From positions 33,046,001-33,110,000 of the forward strand of contig NC_043009.1 of NCBI RefSeq assembly GCF_006345805.1: a stretch of DNA of 64,000 bases. Reading direction: 5' to 3'. This document shows positions 10,082 through 24,275 of the stretch, piece after piece. Both the position numbers and the translations under genes were made by a program. The notes beneath the pieces are model-generated. The model did not search any database. It was not told the DNA's origin and was given only the letters and a program-made list of their open reading frames with translations. Source of the stretch: Octopus sinensis (lineage: Eukaryota). Within the stretch, counting starts at the first letter, position 1, and each line of letters begins with the position of its first letter.

Positions 10082-13000
10082 TATTGCAATGATATCTTCA
10101 ACTTGGGCAACTTTATTTCCATTATTTACTTTGCTTTCAAAGCTGATGGAATGTTTGTTTCCGTATTTAGCCTAAATTCTGCTTTAATGTTGTTTTCTGT
10201 AATGACTTCCCCTGTAAAACCTTCTTGAAATACATTCCTGTTTGCTCTTCGTCTCTAAACATATTTTCCTACCTCTTCATTGAATTTTCCTTGTTCAGAT
10301 CTGGTTTCATCAATTCCTACTTCTTAATAAATATTTTTTCATGTATATTTGAACAGATGATAATTTGCAGGATTATGATTGAGTTAAATCCTTTGTCTCG
10401 GCTTCAGAGGATTTCATTATTCGTATCAGTGTAATAATCTTCTTTTACGCTTTCCCTTTTTATTATCTCCATCACTATTATCCCCTTCAACATCTCTACC
10501 ACTGATATTTTCACCAATATCATAATCACCATCACTTACATTATAATCAATGATATCTTGAAAAGCATCATTACCATCACCATTTTCATTGTATTCCATG
10601 GTCCAAAATTCATTCTATCACTACTATTGACGACCATGCTTCGGATGGTTCTGACGGTTTCCAATTTCTCCGAACGTACAATGATAAATGTGACGGCATT
10701 TGTTCACATATAAATAACAGCAGTTGAGGAAGAGTTGATACCCGCAGTCATATTTTGTATCATATTTTACTCCAAAAGAGAATAGTACCAAACCGATAAT
10801 TCCAGCTGATTCGGATGTATTTATTATTTCTTTTATTGTGGAATATTCTGCCGTACATTATGGCTATTTATACTTACTTTAATATTCTCCTTTCGCCATA
10901 ATCCTCCTTTCATCTTTGTCTTCTGAAATTTGGTTCACCCTGAATTTCCTGAATAGCATTGAGAATATTAGATTCTATCATATTTTGTAATTTGATGAAG
11001 GCATTAATTAATACATCTCGTAGTACAAGACAATATGAAATGTCCACAGCAGCAAACATTAGCTGTCCTATCTGAGAATCAAAATGAGGACACAAACGAA
11101 ATTAATTTTGATCAGTGATTGCGGACGAAGCTATGCCCTGTATATTAGGAAATACAGTCAAAGAGATTTACATAATAAATGATGGTCTTTAAGAAATACA
11201 CCTACAACACCATGTATAGCATAGCTTATGGATAAGCATTTACCTAAAACTAAAAACATATGAAGAAGTAAAACGTATTGTCCGCACGCTGGACAAAAGT
11301 GGTTCACCACCGTTGGTCCAGAACGTATGTATAGCTTAGAATATATATTGGAAAATAAGAAGATCGCTTTTATACTGGATTCTTTTATATATCTTCTTTT
11401 GTTTAATGAGATAAATTGTGAATTTAATTGTTTGAACATTCGTGATCAAGCTACTCTTTCTGCTTATTTCGTTCTATAAACACCTGTTTTTCTGTTGATG
11501 TCTTGTTCAATCATTTCCGGTCACTTCTATGTTAACTTCCTTTTCACTTGATGCTGGAATGAATAAGCTCGCAGATTCTGCTAAAGCCATTATCTGTATA
11601 GGATCAAACAAATTGCTACAAGAAATGGAATCCGTATAGCAGACACAGTACATCATTGGCTTAGCTCTAGCTTTAAACCAATCGTCATTTTATATTAGGA
11701 TCAACGGTTTGCTGTTTTACTAACATATATTTATCAGTGAGCATACATTCTTGTAGGCATCATTTTAGAGGGCAATTGGTGACATGCATGCTTTTCCATT
11801 AAAAGCGATTAGGGTTAATACTGAAGTAAAAGTCGAAGTTACAGACATCTATTGCCAACAAAAACCTTCCTAGTCTAACTTGCTCATAACATCAACGTTT
11901 TTACAATTATTTAACCTAATGGACTCCAGCTCAGGATTAGATAACACGCATGACTATCTATCTTCAGCTAGAAAGTGAAAAAAAAAGGCAAATTTAGATC
12001 TCTCAAACCAATGATTTCCAGAGTGGGTGTGCCTGATGGTACTCTGCTTCACTAAATATCAAAATTGTGACTTTGTTACTAAATGTGTGTATTTTTATTT
12101 AAATATATAATTCTCATTAAATTTTCAAAAGATTTAACGATCTAGGAAAGGGAGCTGCTATAAATTAATTAATGAAATTTAACTATTCATGTATAATTAA
12201 TTAATTTCTTTATTAATAACACTCTGTTAAAATAATGAAATCTAAATGATATTAATTCAGGAAATGAAGGGAAATGCATGTTAAAATAGAATAGATGGCT
12301 TTTTTTTGTTTTATTTTCGAAATGAAATTACAACATTTAACTCTCTGGCGTGTTCAGCCATTCTTAAAATGAATTTCTTTCAATGAGGCACAATACCAAT
12401 TTATCCGAGGTAATTCCAGTATATTTAAAGAGAAAACACAAAGTCATTGACAAGAATTGAAAAAGTTGTAAAGGAAGAATATTTGGAGGTGCAGTTAAGA
12501 AAGAATACAGGGCTGTGAATTAATGCTAAGCTACCTAAGATAGTGCTTCTCTCTCATAGTGCCACCAGCATTTGTCTCCATGAGATAATGTCATCAGATA
12601 GTGCCAACCACCTAACTTGGCACTATGTGGTAGAAATAGCAACCAAATCTCCCTTGAAACACACTATTCTAATCAAAAACAAAATACACATTGGATAAGG
12701 TATTCCCCGACAAGAAGAAAATCGAAGTGATGTACCGAAATCGTTGTAATTGGCTGTTCTTTCCTCTCAAACATTCTGGGTTTTTGCCTACTTGATAGAA
12801 TATTCCCAATTACCGTGAGTAGCTGATACAGTTAGGATTAACAATTTCATTTATAAACATGCAGACATCGCTGTAGAACTAAGAAGTTCTCTTCGTAAAT
12901 ACATGATTTCGGCTTCTTCCCCACTGTGCGACACGTAAAATAAGTTTTTCTTCTATAGCTCCGGGTTGACGATATTCTTAACTTTGAGTAACTCTGTAGG

Positions 13001-13104
13001 AGTCCATTCAATTTGAAACACTTAGTGTCAAATTCCTCCCCACCTGCCTCAGATTTCTTTTAAAATGTCAAATGTGGTCCTTTCGGACTAAAATATTGAT
13101 TTCA

Positions 13105-13298
13105 AATTTTGGCACAAGGCCAGCAATTTCGGGAGAGAGGAAAAGTCGAGTACATCAACCCCAGTACTCAACTGATACATATTCTGTCGACTCAACTGAT
13201 ACATATTCTGCGGAACTTGAACTCGGAACATGAAGACGTACGAAGTTCTGCTAAGCATTTTGCCCGGCATGCTAACGATTGCACCAGTTCACCGCTTA
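13105..13298 (-). mobile_element. SINE family B, diverged, with internal 21-bp duplication
   Basis: Reverse-strand head (gctaagcattttgcccggcatgctaacg); actcaactgatacatattctg occurs twice. Confidence 0.7.
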
Positions 13299-14209
13299 TC
13301 TCTGACTAATAGACTAAAAGCAAAATTTATTCTGACCCCGTTTCGGTAAATATACCTACCTTGTTTTTGTTTAACCAGAGGTCAGCTTCATGGCTTATGA
13401 GCAAAGTCCTTCCAGATCTGACCATCACATCTGTATATCTGCAACTACATCCTCCATGATATTCATCCTTTCTTAAAGCGTTAAAGCCAGGGTTGCTTTT
13501 CTTTCTTGAAGACCAAGAGATAGAGTAGACGATTCCCCGCTGGCTTGTGCAAGACATACTTTTGATTTTAAGTGTAACTCGAAGAAATTCCATGAGAACA
13601 ATTTAATAAAAGAAAGAAGAAAAGAAGTAGATGATGAAGGGTGTTAATTTAGATCTTAATTTGGTAGAAATCCAAATCCAACGGCAATCTAGAAAAAAAT
13701 CATAAATTAAAATTATATCAGATCAGACACTAATTAACTGAACAATACTTCATAACAAAGCTATCTCCTATTATAAGATTCAGTAAAGGACGGAGAATAT
13801 AATTTTATAACCTTGAGAGACTGCTGTGCTAGCCACAGAAAGGTTATATATTAGTTTCATGTGACATGGCGGTCGATGTGTCAGAGGTTGAAGTAATTAA
13901 TTTATGTTAGCTAGCTACCAGTAATTCTCTTTTTACTACCTATGCAGTAGGTGGCAGAGCGTTAAACATCAGAAGCTCAAGATAATCAATTAAATTCAAT
14001 GCTGATATTCTTTGTGCTCGCAGACTTTCAGGAGACATTGAAAGTATCCAAATGGTAAGATTAATGGAGGAGATGAGGTCAATCATTCATCTCCAAGAGT
14101 TCAATTTGCAGTGACTCTTACTTGGAAGCGTAATTATCAAAAGCTGGTCTGACATCTGAATATATATTCCATCCGTTAGGTGACACATATGTGCATTCAG
14201 ATAACACAC

Positions 14210-14545
<336 letters not shown>

Positions 14546-14559
14546 GCATACATATGGTG

Positions 14560-14900
14560 CTTGTCTACTCCTACAGAGTTTGACCACCTCCTGTACTTAC
14601 ACCTTAGCACCATCATGATGTCTGATGTAGCTTTTTGAACCAGACACCCACGATAGATTGCATATCTGATTTGGACCACCAATACCTGCAGATAAGTTCT
14701 GCCCTTTGTGGATCTTCACATATCTTTTGAGGCCTCCATTGGATTTGCAAAGCTTCTGGCATACACTGCATTAAAACATTCAAAGGTGTGCACAGACATA
14801 TAATCAGAATAGTTGGTGGAGGTTCGTTTTCCATGTATTCGCAGATAAGATTTGGGCCCAGCCAAAGACAGGCATGGTCTGTCAGAGATTGAGCACACAA
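14560..14900 (-). pseudogene. RTE/BovB-like LINE fragment (post-RT region)
   Basis: PTILIICLCTPLNVLMQCMPEALQIQWRPQKICEDPQRAELI...GVSTGGGQ aligns loosely by eye to RTE PTLLYGCETW..LN.FH..CLR.IL.I.W.DK..EVL.RA.L...GKRS.GGQ. Confidence 0.5.
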
Positions 14901-14959
14901 AAAGGTCATTGTCATATACATATGTACATACATGCATATATATATATATATATATATAT

Positions 14960-15172
14960 TCTCTTTTATTTCTCTTTTACTTGTTTCAGTCATTTGACTG
15001 CGGCCATGCTGGAGCACCGCCTTTAGTCAAGCAAATCGACCCCGGGACTTGTTCTTTGTAAGCCCAGTACTTATTCTATCCGTCTCTTTTGCCGAACCGC
15101 TAAGTGACGGGGACGTAAACACACCAGCATCGGTTGTCAAGCAATGCTAGGGGGACAAACACAGACACACAA

Positions 15173-15235
<63 letters not shown>

Positions 15236-15391
15236 TACGACAGGCTTCTTTCAGTTTCCGTCCACCAAATCCACTCACAAGGCATTGGTCGGCCCGGGGC
15301 TATAGCAAAAGACACTTGCCCAAGATGCCACGCAGTGGGATTGAACCCGGAACCATGTTGTTGGTTAGCAAGCTACTTACCACACAGCCAC
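14960..15391 (-). mobile_element. SINE family A, full length
   Basis: Reverse complement of the family A structure. Confidence 0.9.
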
Positions 15392-15536
15392 GTCGAATAG
15401 TGTGTTGAAGTATTGAATAGAACACTGTTACAGTTTGGGCTGCCTGGTGTCATCCGCAGTTGGGGTATGTTTCCGTTGGATCTACTTCAGGAATTCCGCA
15501 GTGTTAGTTGAGATAATAGTAATAATTTCTTAAGCA

Positions 15537-15840
15537 ACCAGAAGATGGATTTAGTATTAATCTTTATTTTGTACAACGGTCATTTCGACCTATCCAGCTA
15601 TTTTCCCTTATGGGCGGGACTCAGTTCAACATATGTTGCATCCATTTTGCAGTCTGGCTCTCGTCAGATACATCTATACTTAAAGTTGTGACTAGCTAAA
15701 AATCCAGAGTTTTGGCTATCATGTTATATACCCGTCTGGTTAGAGAATGGGGCATATAACAACATAAGGGACAGTAAGCAGGATGGGTCGAAATGACCGT
15801 TGTACGAAGTAAAGATTAATACCAAATCCATCTTCTCGTT
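15537..15840. mobile_element. MITE with ~72-bp imperfect terminal inverted repeats
   Basis: agaagatggatttagtattaatctttattttgtacaacggtcatttcgacctatcc (from 15540) is mirrored at 15763-15836. The right end reads ...ccatcttctcgt-TA, as Tc1/mariner-type ends do. Confidence 0.8.
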
Positions 15841-16592
15841 ACATATATATGCACATATACATACATACATTCATACATATATGCATATATAAATGTATAC
15901 AGATCTTCTATAGATATGCATATATAGAGATATAAAATATATAAAGAGATATAAAAAGGACCACCAATTCAAAGGACCCTAGTATTCCGCTGGTACTTTT
16001 ATTAACCATTTATTGAAAGTCAACGCTGATGGATTTCCAAACGAATTTTAAAGAAATTTAACCAAATACTGTCATAGAAACCGATGCAAATATATTTAAA
16101 CACAACGTTTTTGGACAAGCACCAAACCACGTCTTTTTTACTGAGGGGGAACGAGTGTGAACCACTAAATCACACCAGGTTCTCTATCTTTTTCCTTCAA
16201 ATAAAATTAATCAATATTTTTATTCTCGGAAACCCAAGTTTTATTTCAACACATATTGATTACGTATACCATTTAGGACTGGCTTTGAACATTGCTTGGG
16301 TACATTTGTTTGAGTTGCACGTGATTTATCCATGTTCAGAGGAAATATTGGTTTTACTGATAAAGAACAAAGGAAAAGCCGACTTCTATGTTTCGGCAGC
16401 GTGTTGACTTCTATAGTTTTATTAATGCCTTGCACGGAAATCTGAGCCCTTGATTCTGTTATGTAGCTCGACATCTAATAAATTAATAAATCCCTGTGTG
16501 TTTATATATACATAAGTGCAGAGGGGGAGAGTAAAATAGATAGACATAGTTATGAATATGTACATAAGTATATATACTTATACATATATATG

Positions 16593-16659
<67 letters not shown>

Positions 16660-17229
16660 GCATGTTTATGTCTCCTATACAAACACGGGGGAGGATGTAT
16701 ACATATCGGCGCGGGCGTGGCCAGATGGTAAGAAGTTCCTTCACCAAATATATGTAAAAATCCCTGGGAAATGTTGTTTAGAACATTTCTAAAATAGCCC
16801 AACATTTAATGCTTTGACCGGGATCAAAATACAGGTCTCTTGACATATTCAACAAATCGAGATGCCTAAACCAAACACCAATCACCGTAAGTAATTTAGT
16901 AAAATCACACTTTGATTGGTCAGAATGCAGTTTGCAAAAATTAACATTATCTTGCCAATACAAATGTATATAAGGCACATAGTTTAGCCATCTCACTAGA
17001 GTTGTAAATGGTATAACATAACTACTATATGAAACTGAAGATTGCATAGTTTAATGCATGAAAGTACTAGTTCAATCAGAATGGACATTTAATATTCTAC
17101 CATTTCATTATACAATATTATCTTATATTATATTATTATAAGATTGTAAATAAAATGTGAAAATCATAGCTAGAATTTCTTTGAGTAACATATACATGTG
17201 TTTGTGTGTGTGTGTGTGTGTGTAGCAAA

Positions 17230-18180
17230 TGAAAGATAGAAGATGGAATATTCGAGAATTTATTATTAATCGCAACAATTGTTTCGACACATAAACCTTC
17301 GATTCCCCCTGGGTCGGACACTCAACAACAGGTTCAGGAGCATCCGGTGATGCAGATGTTTCCCGTCGGGTGATAAATAAATACAACTCGTTAAAATAAC
17401 TCTTCCTCACTATAACTTGCCGTTTTGTAGAGAGAAAAGCATCCAGTCGGATGAAATATCTTCATTTATATAGAAGATAAAAAATAAAATCACAGATAAC
17501 AAAAAGAGAAACGAAGACGTAATTCAGCGAAAAAAGTATTTAAAATAACCGTTAACAGATATGGATGGATAAACGTCCTCGGGTAAGCTGCATAGTGCGA
17601 GTACACTCGCTCATACAAGCATCCGCAAAAATGTGAGCATACGCGTGCGTGAGGTTTGCTGCACTCATGATCACAAAGCGTGTTAATATCCACTTGGTGT
17701 CTATAAGAATGGAGAGGTTAAAAGTAAACTTAAGTCATCCATACCCTAAATTAAATAAACTAAGTTAACGGTTACTCAAAAATTCATTCTCACTGCATTG
17801 TGCGAAAGTGAATTTATATGCGTATTGGCATCTCGAGATCCGTTCAGAAATTCTATTAATTATCTTCTCGTTATTCTGCAGAATAAGCATGGATTCCTCG
17901 GAGCAGAGACGGCATCTCCTGGAAATTATATTGTATGGTTTCACATACCTTACTATGAACCAATTAATGCTGTACTTCGTTTTATCCTCCTTCAGTCGCC
18001 ATACAAAATCTGCCAAAGATGTTGAATGCCTCTTATCGATTGTCTTAAAGCTGGCAATTTGGTTACGATAGCGATTCTTAAATGAATCAGCCGTCTGCCC
18101 GAATTAAATATATGGCCCTACCCTTGTGTGCACGGTACATTTATATACAAGATTTGTACTCATACAGAGATTCATCAAAG
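17230..18180 (-). mobile_element. Penelope-like retroelement relic: GIY-YIG endonuclease C-terminus plus pLTR
   Basis: One frame over 18170-17765 reads NLVYKCTVHTRVGPYI*FGQTADSFKNRYRNQIASF...STSLADFVWRLKE...INWFIV...Y...CRLCSEE..LI...INRISE..SRC, a typical PLE GIY-YIG with one stop. A decayed HHR-like motif lies downstream at 17639-17678. Confidence 0.85.
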
Positions 18181-18504
18181 GACATTTTGATTTTTCTCTG
18201 CATGAGCACTTACGTATTTATTTGTATATAAGGTAGTCCTGACTCCACTTACCGGCGTTGTTACCGTGCTAGCTATATCATAAGTATTTCTACTACTACA
18301 AATTGGTCGTAGTTGGTGTTTATCAATTCGGTTTACATCTTCTTAGTAGTATATATTTGTATTTATACATACATAAGAGAGTGTGCCAGCATAGCCACAG
18401 TAGAATGACTGAAACAAGTAAAAGATTTTAAAAATTAAAGATATGTATGTGTGGTTGGTTGGTTGGATGGATGGATAGCGGCATGGATGGATATAGATGC
18501 AGAC

Positions 18505-18536
<32 letters not shown>

Positions 18537-18554
18537 TATATATATACATATATA

Positions 18555-18716
18555 TGACGGGTTTCTTTCAGTTTTCCGTCCAACAAATCCACTCACAAGC
18601 CTTTGGTCGGCCCGGGGCTATAGTAGAAATACTTGCCCAAGGTGCCACGCAATGGGACTGAATCCGGAACCATGTAGTTGGTAAGCAAGCTACTTACCGC
18701 AGAGCCATGCCTGTGC
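18555..18716 (-). mobile_element. SINE family A 5' half (a plus-strand 3' end fragment lies at 18383-18425)
   Basis: Similarity to other family A copies in the window. Confidence 0.85.
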
Positions 18717-20418
18717 CTATATATATATTTATATATACTTTACATAAATGCATACATAGATATATACAAGTGTATGTGTGTGTGTGTGTGCATGCATGTA
18801 TGTGTGTGCGCGCGCTCTCCAGTATGTAAATACATGGCATTTAAATAAAATAAAAGTCTATATAAAACGTTTGAAATCTTTTTAGTTCCGATACGATATA
18901 AAAATAGGACATTTGTATTAAAGAATAAATTCCTTGAAATATTTTAGCAAGTGTCACTTATTATTTATTAATCATTCGTTTTGTTCTGCTTGTTTTTTTC
19001 TGTGCTTTTTATTCTTTACATCATTCTCTTGGTAATATAGTTTTTCTTTTGAATATTTACCACCAAATTGCCGTAACAAAACGGCCTTAAATAACTCAAA
19101 TTATCTTTAACTGATTAGTATGCAAGCCATATATTTTGGCATTTTCTGCGAGGCAGTTTGTAATTTCCACTGGGAAAAAATCGTAAATAGATCGTGACCG
19201 TTGATGTAATTCAGAAATGAGAGAATTGTCAAAAATACACATCAGAGTTTCTCTCCCAAAGGATCGCTATACTTATGCTATAATTTGAAAATAGTTAAGT
19301 GTTTGTTGCTTTTGTTATTATCCCTTTTTATGTTATTGTTGTTTTTCAGTCACAATTTCGCCATATTTGTTCTGAAGAGGTAGAGATGCTTGATACACGG
19401 TTTACATGAATATAAAACAGAAACAGAAATGGAAAAATAAAAATAAAACAAAAACATTATGAGATCAAAAAAAACCCGGCTCCGATAAGAGAATGTACGT
19501 AAAAACAAAGCAAGAATTTATTGGCAATATTTTTTTGTTATCATTAGAATTCTTGCTATTGCAATGCTGTTTTCATATATCTGAAAATACCGTCTAATGA
19601 CTGGCAACAATCTTCTGATGGCGGAGACGGGGATGGTAGTGTAGGATTGGAAGGAAAAGGGTAAAAATAAAAGACAATCAGCATTTTCGCTGCAATATAC
19701 TGAATGAAATCTGGTGAGAATTCGGGAAGCAATCTCTTAATGGAATTCTTTTACATGGGAGAATTAACCTTTTTGCCACAAGGGAAAACAACGCATGACT
19801 TGCACTTCTCATAAATCACTTGTCAAAATATCTCAAACATTATCTCCCTTACTTCGCTCTCTTTACTCTCGATACACTCTCTCGCTCTCCTTTTCTCTTT
19901 TTCTCTCTCTCTGTGTATCCCTCCAACTCCCTTTCCTATAATTCCTCTCTTTGTTCATTTCCTATTTTCGGCTCCCCTACACTCTTTCTTTCAACTGTGC
20001 TCTTGTAATTTTTTTCAAGTCTTATTTTTATGTCTGTTTTGCGTCTCTTAATAACAACCTCCCACCTTACCCTTTCTCAATCTATGTCATTCTCACGTAT
20101 TATATTTTACCCTCTCATTCTCCCACCATTGTTCCTGATATTATATCTAGGTTTCGTACCTTTCTTTCACATTTTCTTTCTCATTCCTTCCTTCTCTCCC
20201 TCTCTTTCTCTCCCTCTCTTTCTCTCCCTCTTTCTCTATCTATCTGTCTATCTAACTATATATATATCTCACTTTTTCTCTCTCTCGTACTCTGTCTCTC
20301 TCCCTCTCCATCTTCTCTTTCACTTTAACTCTCTCCATCTATCTCTAACAATAGCATACTTGTATACGCACATACATACAATGAAAGACTGCTTGATAGA
20401 TAGACAGATACACACACA

Positions 20419-20532
<114 letters not shown>

Positions 20533-21069
20533 CTGTGGTGTAGCTATGCAATATAGATGCGCCATCATTACGCTGTCTTAAAAAAAACGTCTGAAACGAA
20601 GCCAAAACTGATGGTTGAGCCAGTGTGTTCCCCCTCCCCGCCGTCTACAGAGAGAGAGAGAGAGAGAGAGAGAGTGGGAAGGGAAAGATGGAGAATAACA
20701 CAGAGCAAGAGAGAGAGAGAGTGTGTGTGTGTGTATGTGTAGTAGAGAATAAGACAGAAGCAGAGAAATATAGAAAAGAAATTATTCAATAATCTGTATC
20801 ATTACCAAGAGATTTCTCCTTGAGTCTATTATATTGAAATATAACTGTTCTATCTGCTGAAATAGAGACAAGAAACAATAGATTTCCCAGTTAGAATTAT
20901 TTATATCTCAATTCTAGTGAAGTATATAAACAGTCAGTGAATTCGCTGAGTCGAAGAGCATGTCTTTGCGTATTCGTTATGATAATCTCCGATCTTGGCT
21001 CAAATCTCACCTCCCTGATATCCACATTTCTTCTTTCCTAGGGTGTCTATTGTTTCCACCTTTTCTATG

Positions 21070-21108
<39 letters not shown>

Positions 21109-21639
21109 ACTCCTCATTCCCACTACCGGTTTGATTATATGCTCTGTCATGGTCGCTATTCGCCGCATTCCTTTCTCAATAATGGAGGTGATAGAAGTGG
21201 TTTGAGCGAGTTACTAGAAAACTGATGTGTGTGTGTGAAACAGTTCTAATCCTGTCAACTGAATCGAATGCTGTTGCTTGGTGAACAATAAAAAGACCGA
21301 AACATGAGAGTCATAATCACCAGTAAGTATTATAGACAAGATCTACATTCATCTGTAGAATGACCAAATGTTTCGAGCAATTCGTTTTGTTTGGGTATCT
21401 CACTTGATTTTTTTTTCTAGATTTAAAACATCTGCAGAGAGAGATCTAAGGCAATGAAATTGCAGAACCGGTAGAGCGTCAGACAAAATTTCTTTCCCTT
21501 CATCTATTTATTTATTTTGCTCTTAATTTTCTGAGTTCAAATCTTGTTGAGGTCGATAAAATACGATATCATTTCAAGCATTGAGTTCACAGGTTATTGG
21601 AATGTTGAACAAAATACTTTACAATATTTATTCCATATC

Positions 21640-21830
21640 AAGGCGGCGAGCTGGCGAAATGTTTAGTGGTATCTCGTCTGTCTTTACGTTCTGAGTTCGT
21701 ATTCCGCTGAGATCGACTTTGCCATTCATCTTTTCGGGGTTGATAAATTAAGTACCAGTTGCGTACTGGGGTTGATTTAATTGACCGCCCCCAAAATTTC
21801 GGCTTTGTGCCTAGGGTAGAAAAGAATATT
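21640..21830 (+). mobile_element. SINE family B, old-tail type
   Basis: aaggcggcgagctggc head, gatcgactttgccattcatc core and aaatttcggctttgtgcctagggtagaaaag tail. Confidence 0.8.
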
Positions 21831-22624
21831 TATTCTATATCTTTATCTTCTGAATGTTGAAGCAGGTCTGTATCAACCAGAAAATACGGTGTCTTGTAGA
21901 ACTAACCCAAACAAATATCAAACGACTGCACAAAGAAAGACAATAAACCACGTCCGTATTCCCACATGGAAATTCCCCAACAAATACCTAGCACTTGTTA
22001 AGGATATTCCTAGCAGTGGGTTGCAATTTAATAGTACAGGAAAAAGAGACATTTTTTGTTTACGAATAAAATACATCATCTTTGATGGTTGAACTTTTGT
22101 TTGTCTTCAAATTACTATCATACATAAGTGAAATATTAACTTATTTGTAGGTCGCTGTGAACCTGTGTTCGCTGAAGGGTCTCGTTCGTATTGATTCCAC
22201 CGTTTCTAACCCACAACATGGCAAAGACTGGACACTGCGAGATGAAGATCAATCTAGAATTATAGACTGTTGCAATACACTTTTATTGTCGACTTATTTC
22301 TAATTCTGATCTACTTCTGATGTCTACTTTTGTTTACCTCAGATGTCTATGTAGGCCTCAGATATCGATGTACGTCCATCTATGTTGTCCCCTTATAGCC
22401 ATCTTGTGGCATCTACTTACGGCTAAGTAAGCAGGTGCCACTCTCGATAAGTTCCTACTTAAGTGATCATGGCTACAGATGACTGTCGAAGGCAGAATAC
22501 GAACCACCAACTAGGCCCCGGAAATTTGAGATTCTTTTAGCTCTCAACCACTCAGTTAATTGCCACAAACAAATAAGTTAATATGTTTCTGATATTGAAT
22601 AGAATTGACTAATCTAATGCAGGT

Positions 22625-23000
22625 AACTTTGACTTGTTTTAGTCATTAGACTGCAACCATGCTGGTGCACTGCCTTCAAGAATCTTACTCAAATGGAACA
22701 ACTTCAGTGCTATTTCTTAAACCTCTTGCTTATCCTGTCGGTATCTTTTGCCGAACACTTGGTTAAGATGTAAATACACCAACACCGGCTGTCAATTGAC
22801 GGTGGAAAACACACACACACATACATATATATACACACACATACGACGGGCTTCTTTCAGTTTTCGCCTACCAAATACACTCACAAGACTTTCGTTGGCC
22901 TGAGGCTATAGCAGAGGGTACTTGTTCAAGGTGCCACGCAGTGGAAATGAACGCGGAACCATTTGGTTGAGAAGCAAACTTCTTACCACACAGCCACACC
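22625..23000 (-). mobile_element. SINE family A, older full copy
   Basis: Collinear with other copies. Confidence 0.85.
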
Positions 23001-23040
23001 TTTAATATTTTAAATGAGCTTTTCTAAAAGAGCCAATAAT

Positions 23041-23590
23041 CCTTTCTACTATAGACACAAGGTCTGAAATTGTTGGAAAGGGGACTAGTCGATTACAACT
23101 GGTTCTTAATTTATCGAACCTGAAAGGTTGAAAGACAAAGTCGATCTCGGCGGAATTTGAACTCAGAACGTAGCGACGGGCGAAATACCTATTTCTTTAC
23201 TACCCACAAGGTGCTAAACTCAGAGAGGACAAACAAGGACAGACAAACGGATTAAGTCGATTATATCGACCCCTGCATAACTGTACTAATTTATCGACCC
23301 CGAAAGGATGAAACAAAGTCGACCTCGGCGGAATTTGAACCAGAACGTAAAGACAGACGAAATACCTAGTCTTTACTACCCACAATGGGCTAAAACAGAG
23401 GGAACAAACAAGGACAGACACACGGATTAGGTCGATTATATCGACCCCAGTGCGTAATGGTACTTAATTATCGCCCGAAAGGATGAAAGGCAAAGTCGAC
23501 CTCGGCGCATTTGAACTCAGAACGTAGCTGCAGACGAAATACGGCTACGCATTTCGCCCGGCGTGCTAACGTTTCTCCCAACTCGCCGCC
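23041..23590 (-). mobile_element. SINE family B trimer (head-body-young tail, body-young tail, body-old tail) inside a ~19-bp TSD
   Basis: Units of ~178 bp join at taggtatttc (plus-strand gaaataccta at ~23182 and ~23359). Flanks are ttctaaaagagccaataat (23022-23040) and ttctaaaggagccattaat (23591-23609). Confidence 0.85.
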
Positions 23591-23939
23591 TTCTAAAGGA
23601 GCCATTAATTTCAGCTGGCTACATAAGTAACTGCATTATATGATTGCTTTACTGGGTATTTTTTGCTTGCTTTATAAAAATAAACCTTGTTGGAAAGAAT
23701 AGATTTTGAAGAATACTAAATTATTTTTTGTATGTAAGTTCCTTTATAACAGCATATATTTTTAACGTTAGGTTAGTTAGTGCAGCCATAGTTGGTGTAA
23801 ACTTACATTTATATTTAATTGCTGATAACAGATAGACTCGTGTGAAACAGCAACCAAATAGCGGAATATATAATAAATACTGCTTCGACGTCTGTTACTA
23901 TGCTGCTGCTATACATATATAGATATTCAGTCATATACC

Positions 23940-24275
23940 AGAAATATCAAACGGCTTTATCAACTTGACATCATACTCTCACCTTTCAATCTCGAACTCC
24001 CTAAGGAGTACCATCCGCGTATTGTACCTCTTGTACTTGCTACTTAAGTGGCCTTTGAACCACGAAAATGCCTGATCTTGTAAGCAGTCCCGGCCAAGTT
24101 CACCCAACTTCCTCGTCTCCACTCATTCTCCGCCCCCACAATGGGTGTCCATCCACGAACGTCGACCCTCTGGAATTTTCTTATCGCTATTGTTATTCTT
24201 GTTGTCTTCAAATAGTAGCTGTTCAAGAGGAACATTAAGCGTTGGTCCCAATGCTCTCTCAGAATTTACCATTTC
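23940..24275 (-). pseudogene. Possible LTR-retrotransposon Gag (capsid) relic
   Basis: One frame with stops: ...PLEQLLFED...SWMDTHCGGGE*VETRKLGELGRDCLQDQAFSWFKGH...VLLREFE, which resembles retrotrans_gag W....K......L.G.A..W......LL..F. Pattern match by eye only. Confidence 0.4.

Noticed and set aside
10080-11440. Acidic stretch (MEYNENGDGND...KRKRR) and an ORF with a CPACG motif, suggesting a decayed transposase
   Set aside because: No catalytic motif could be matched to any family.
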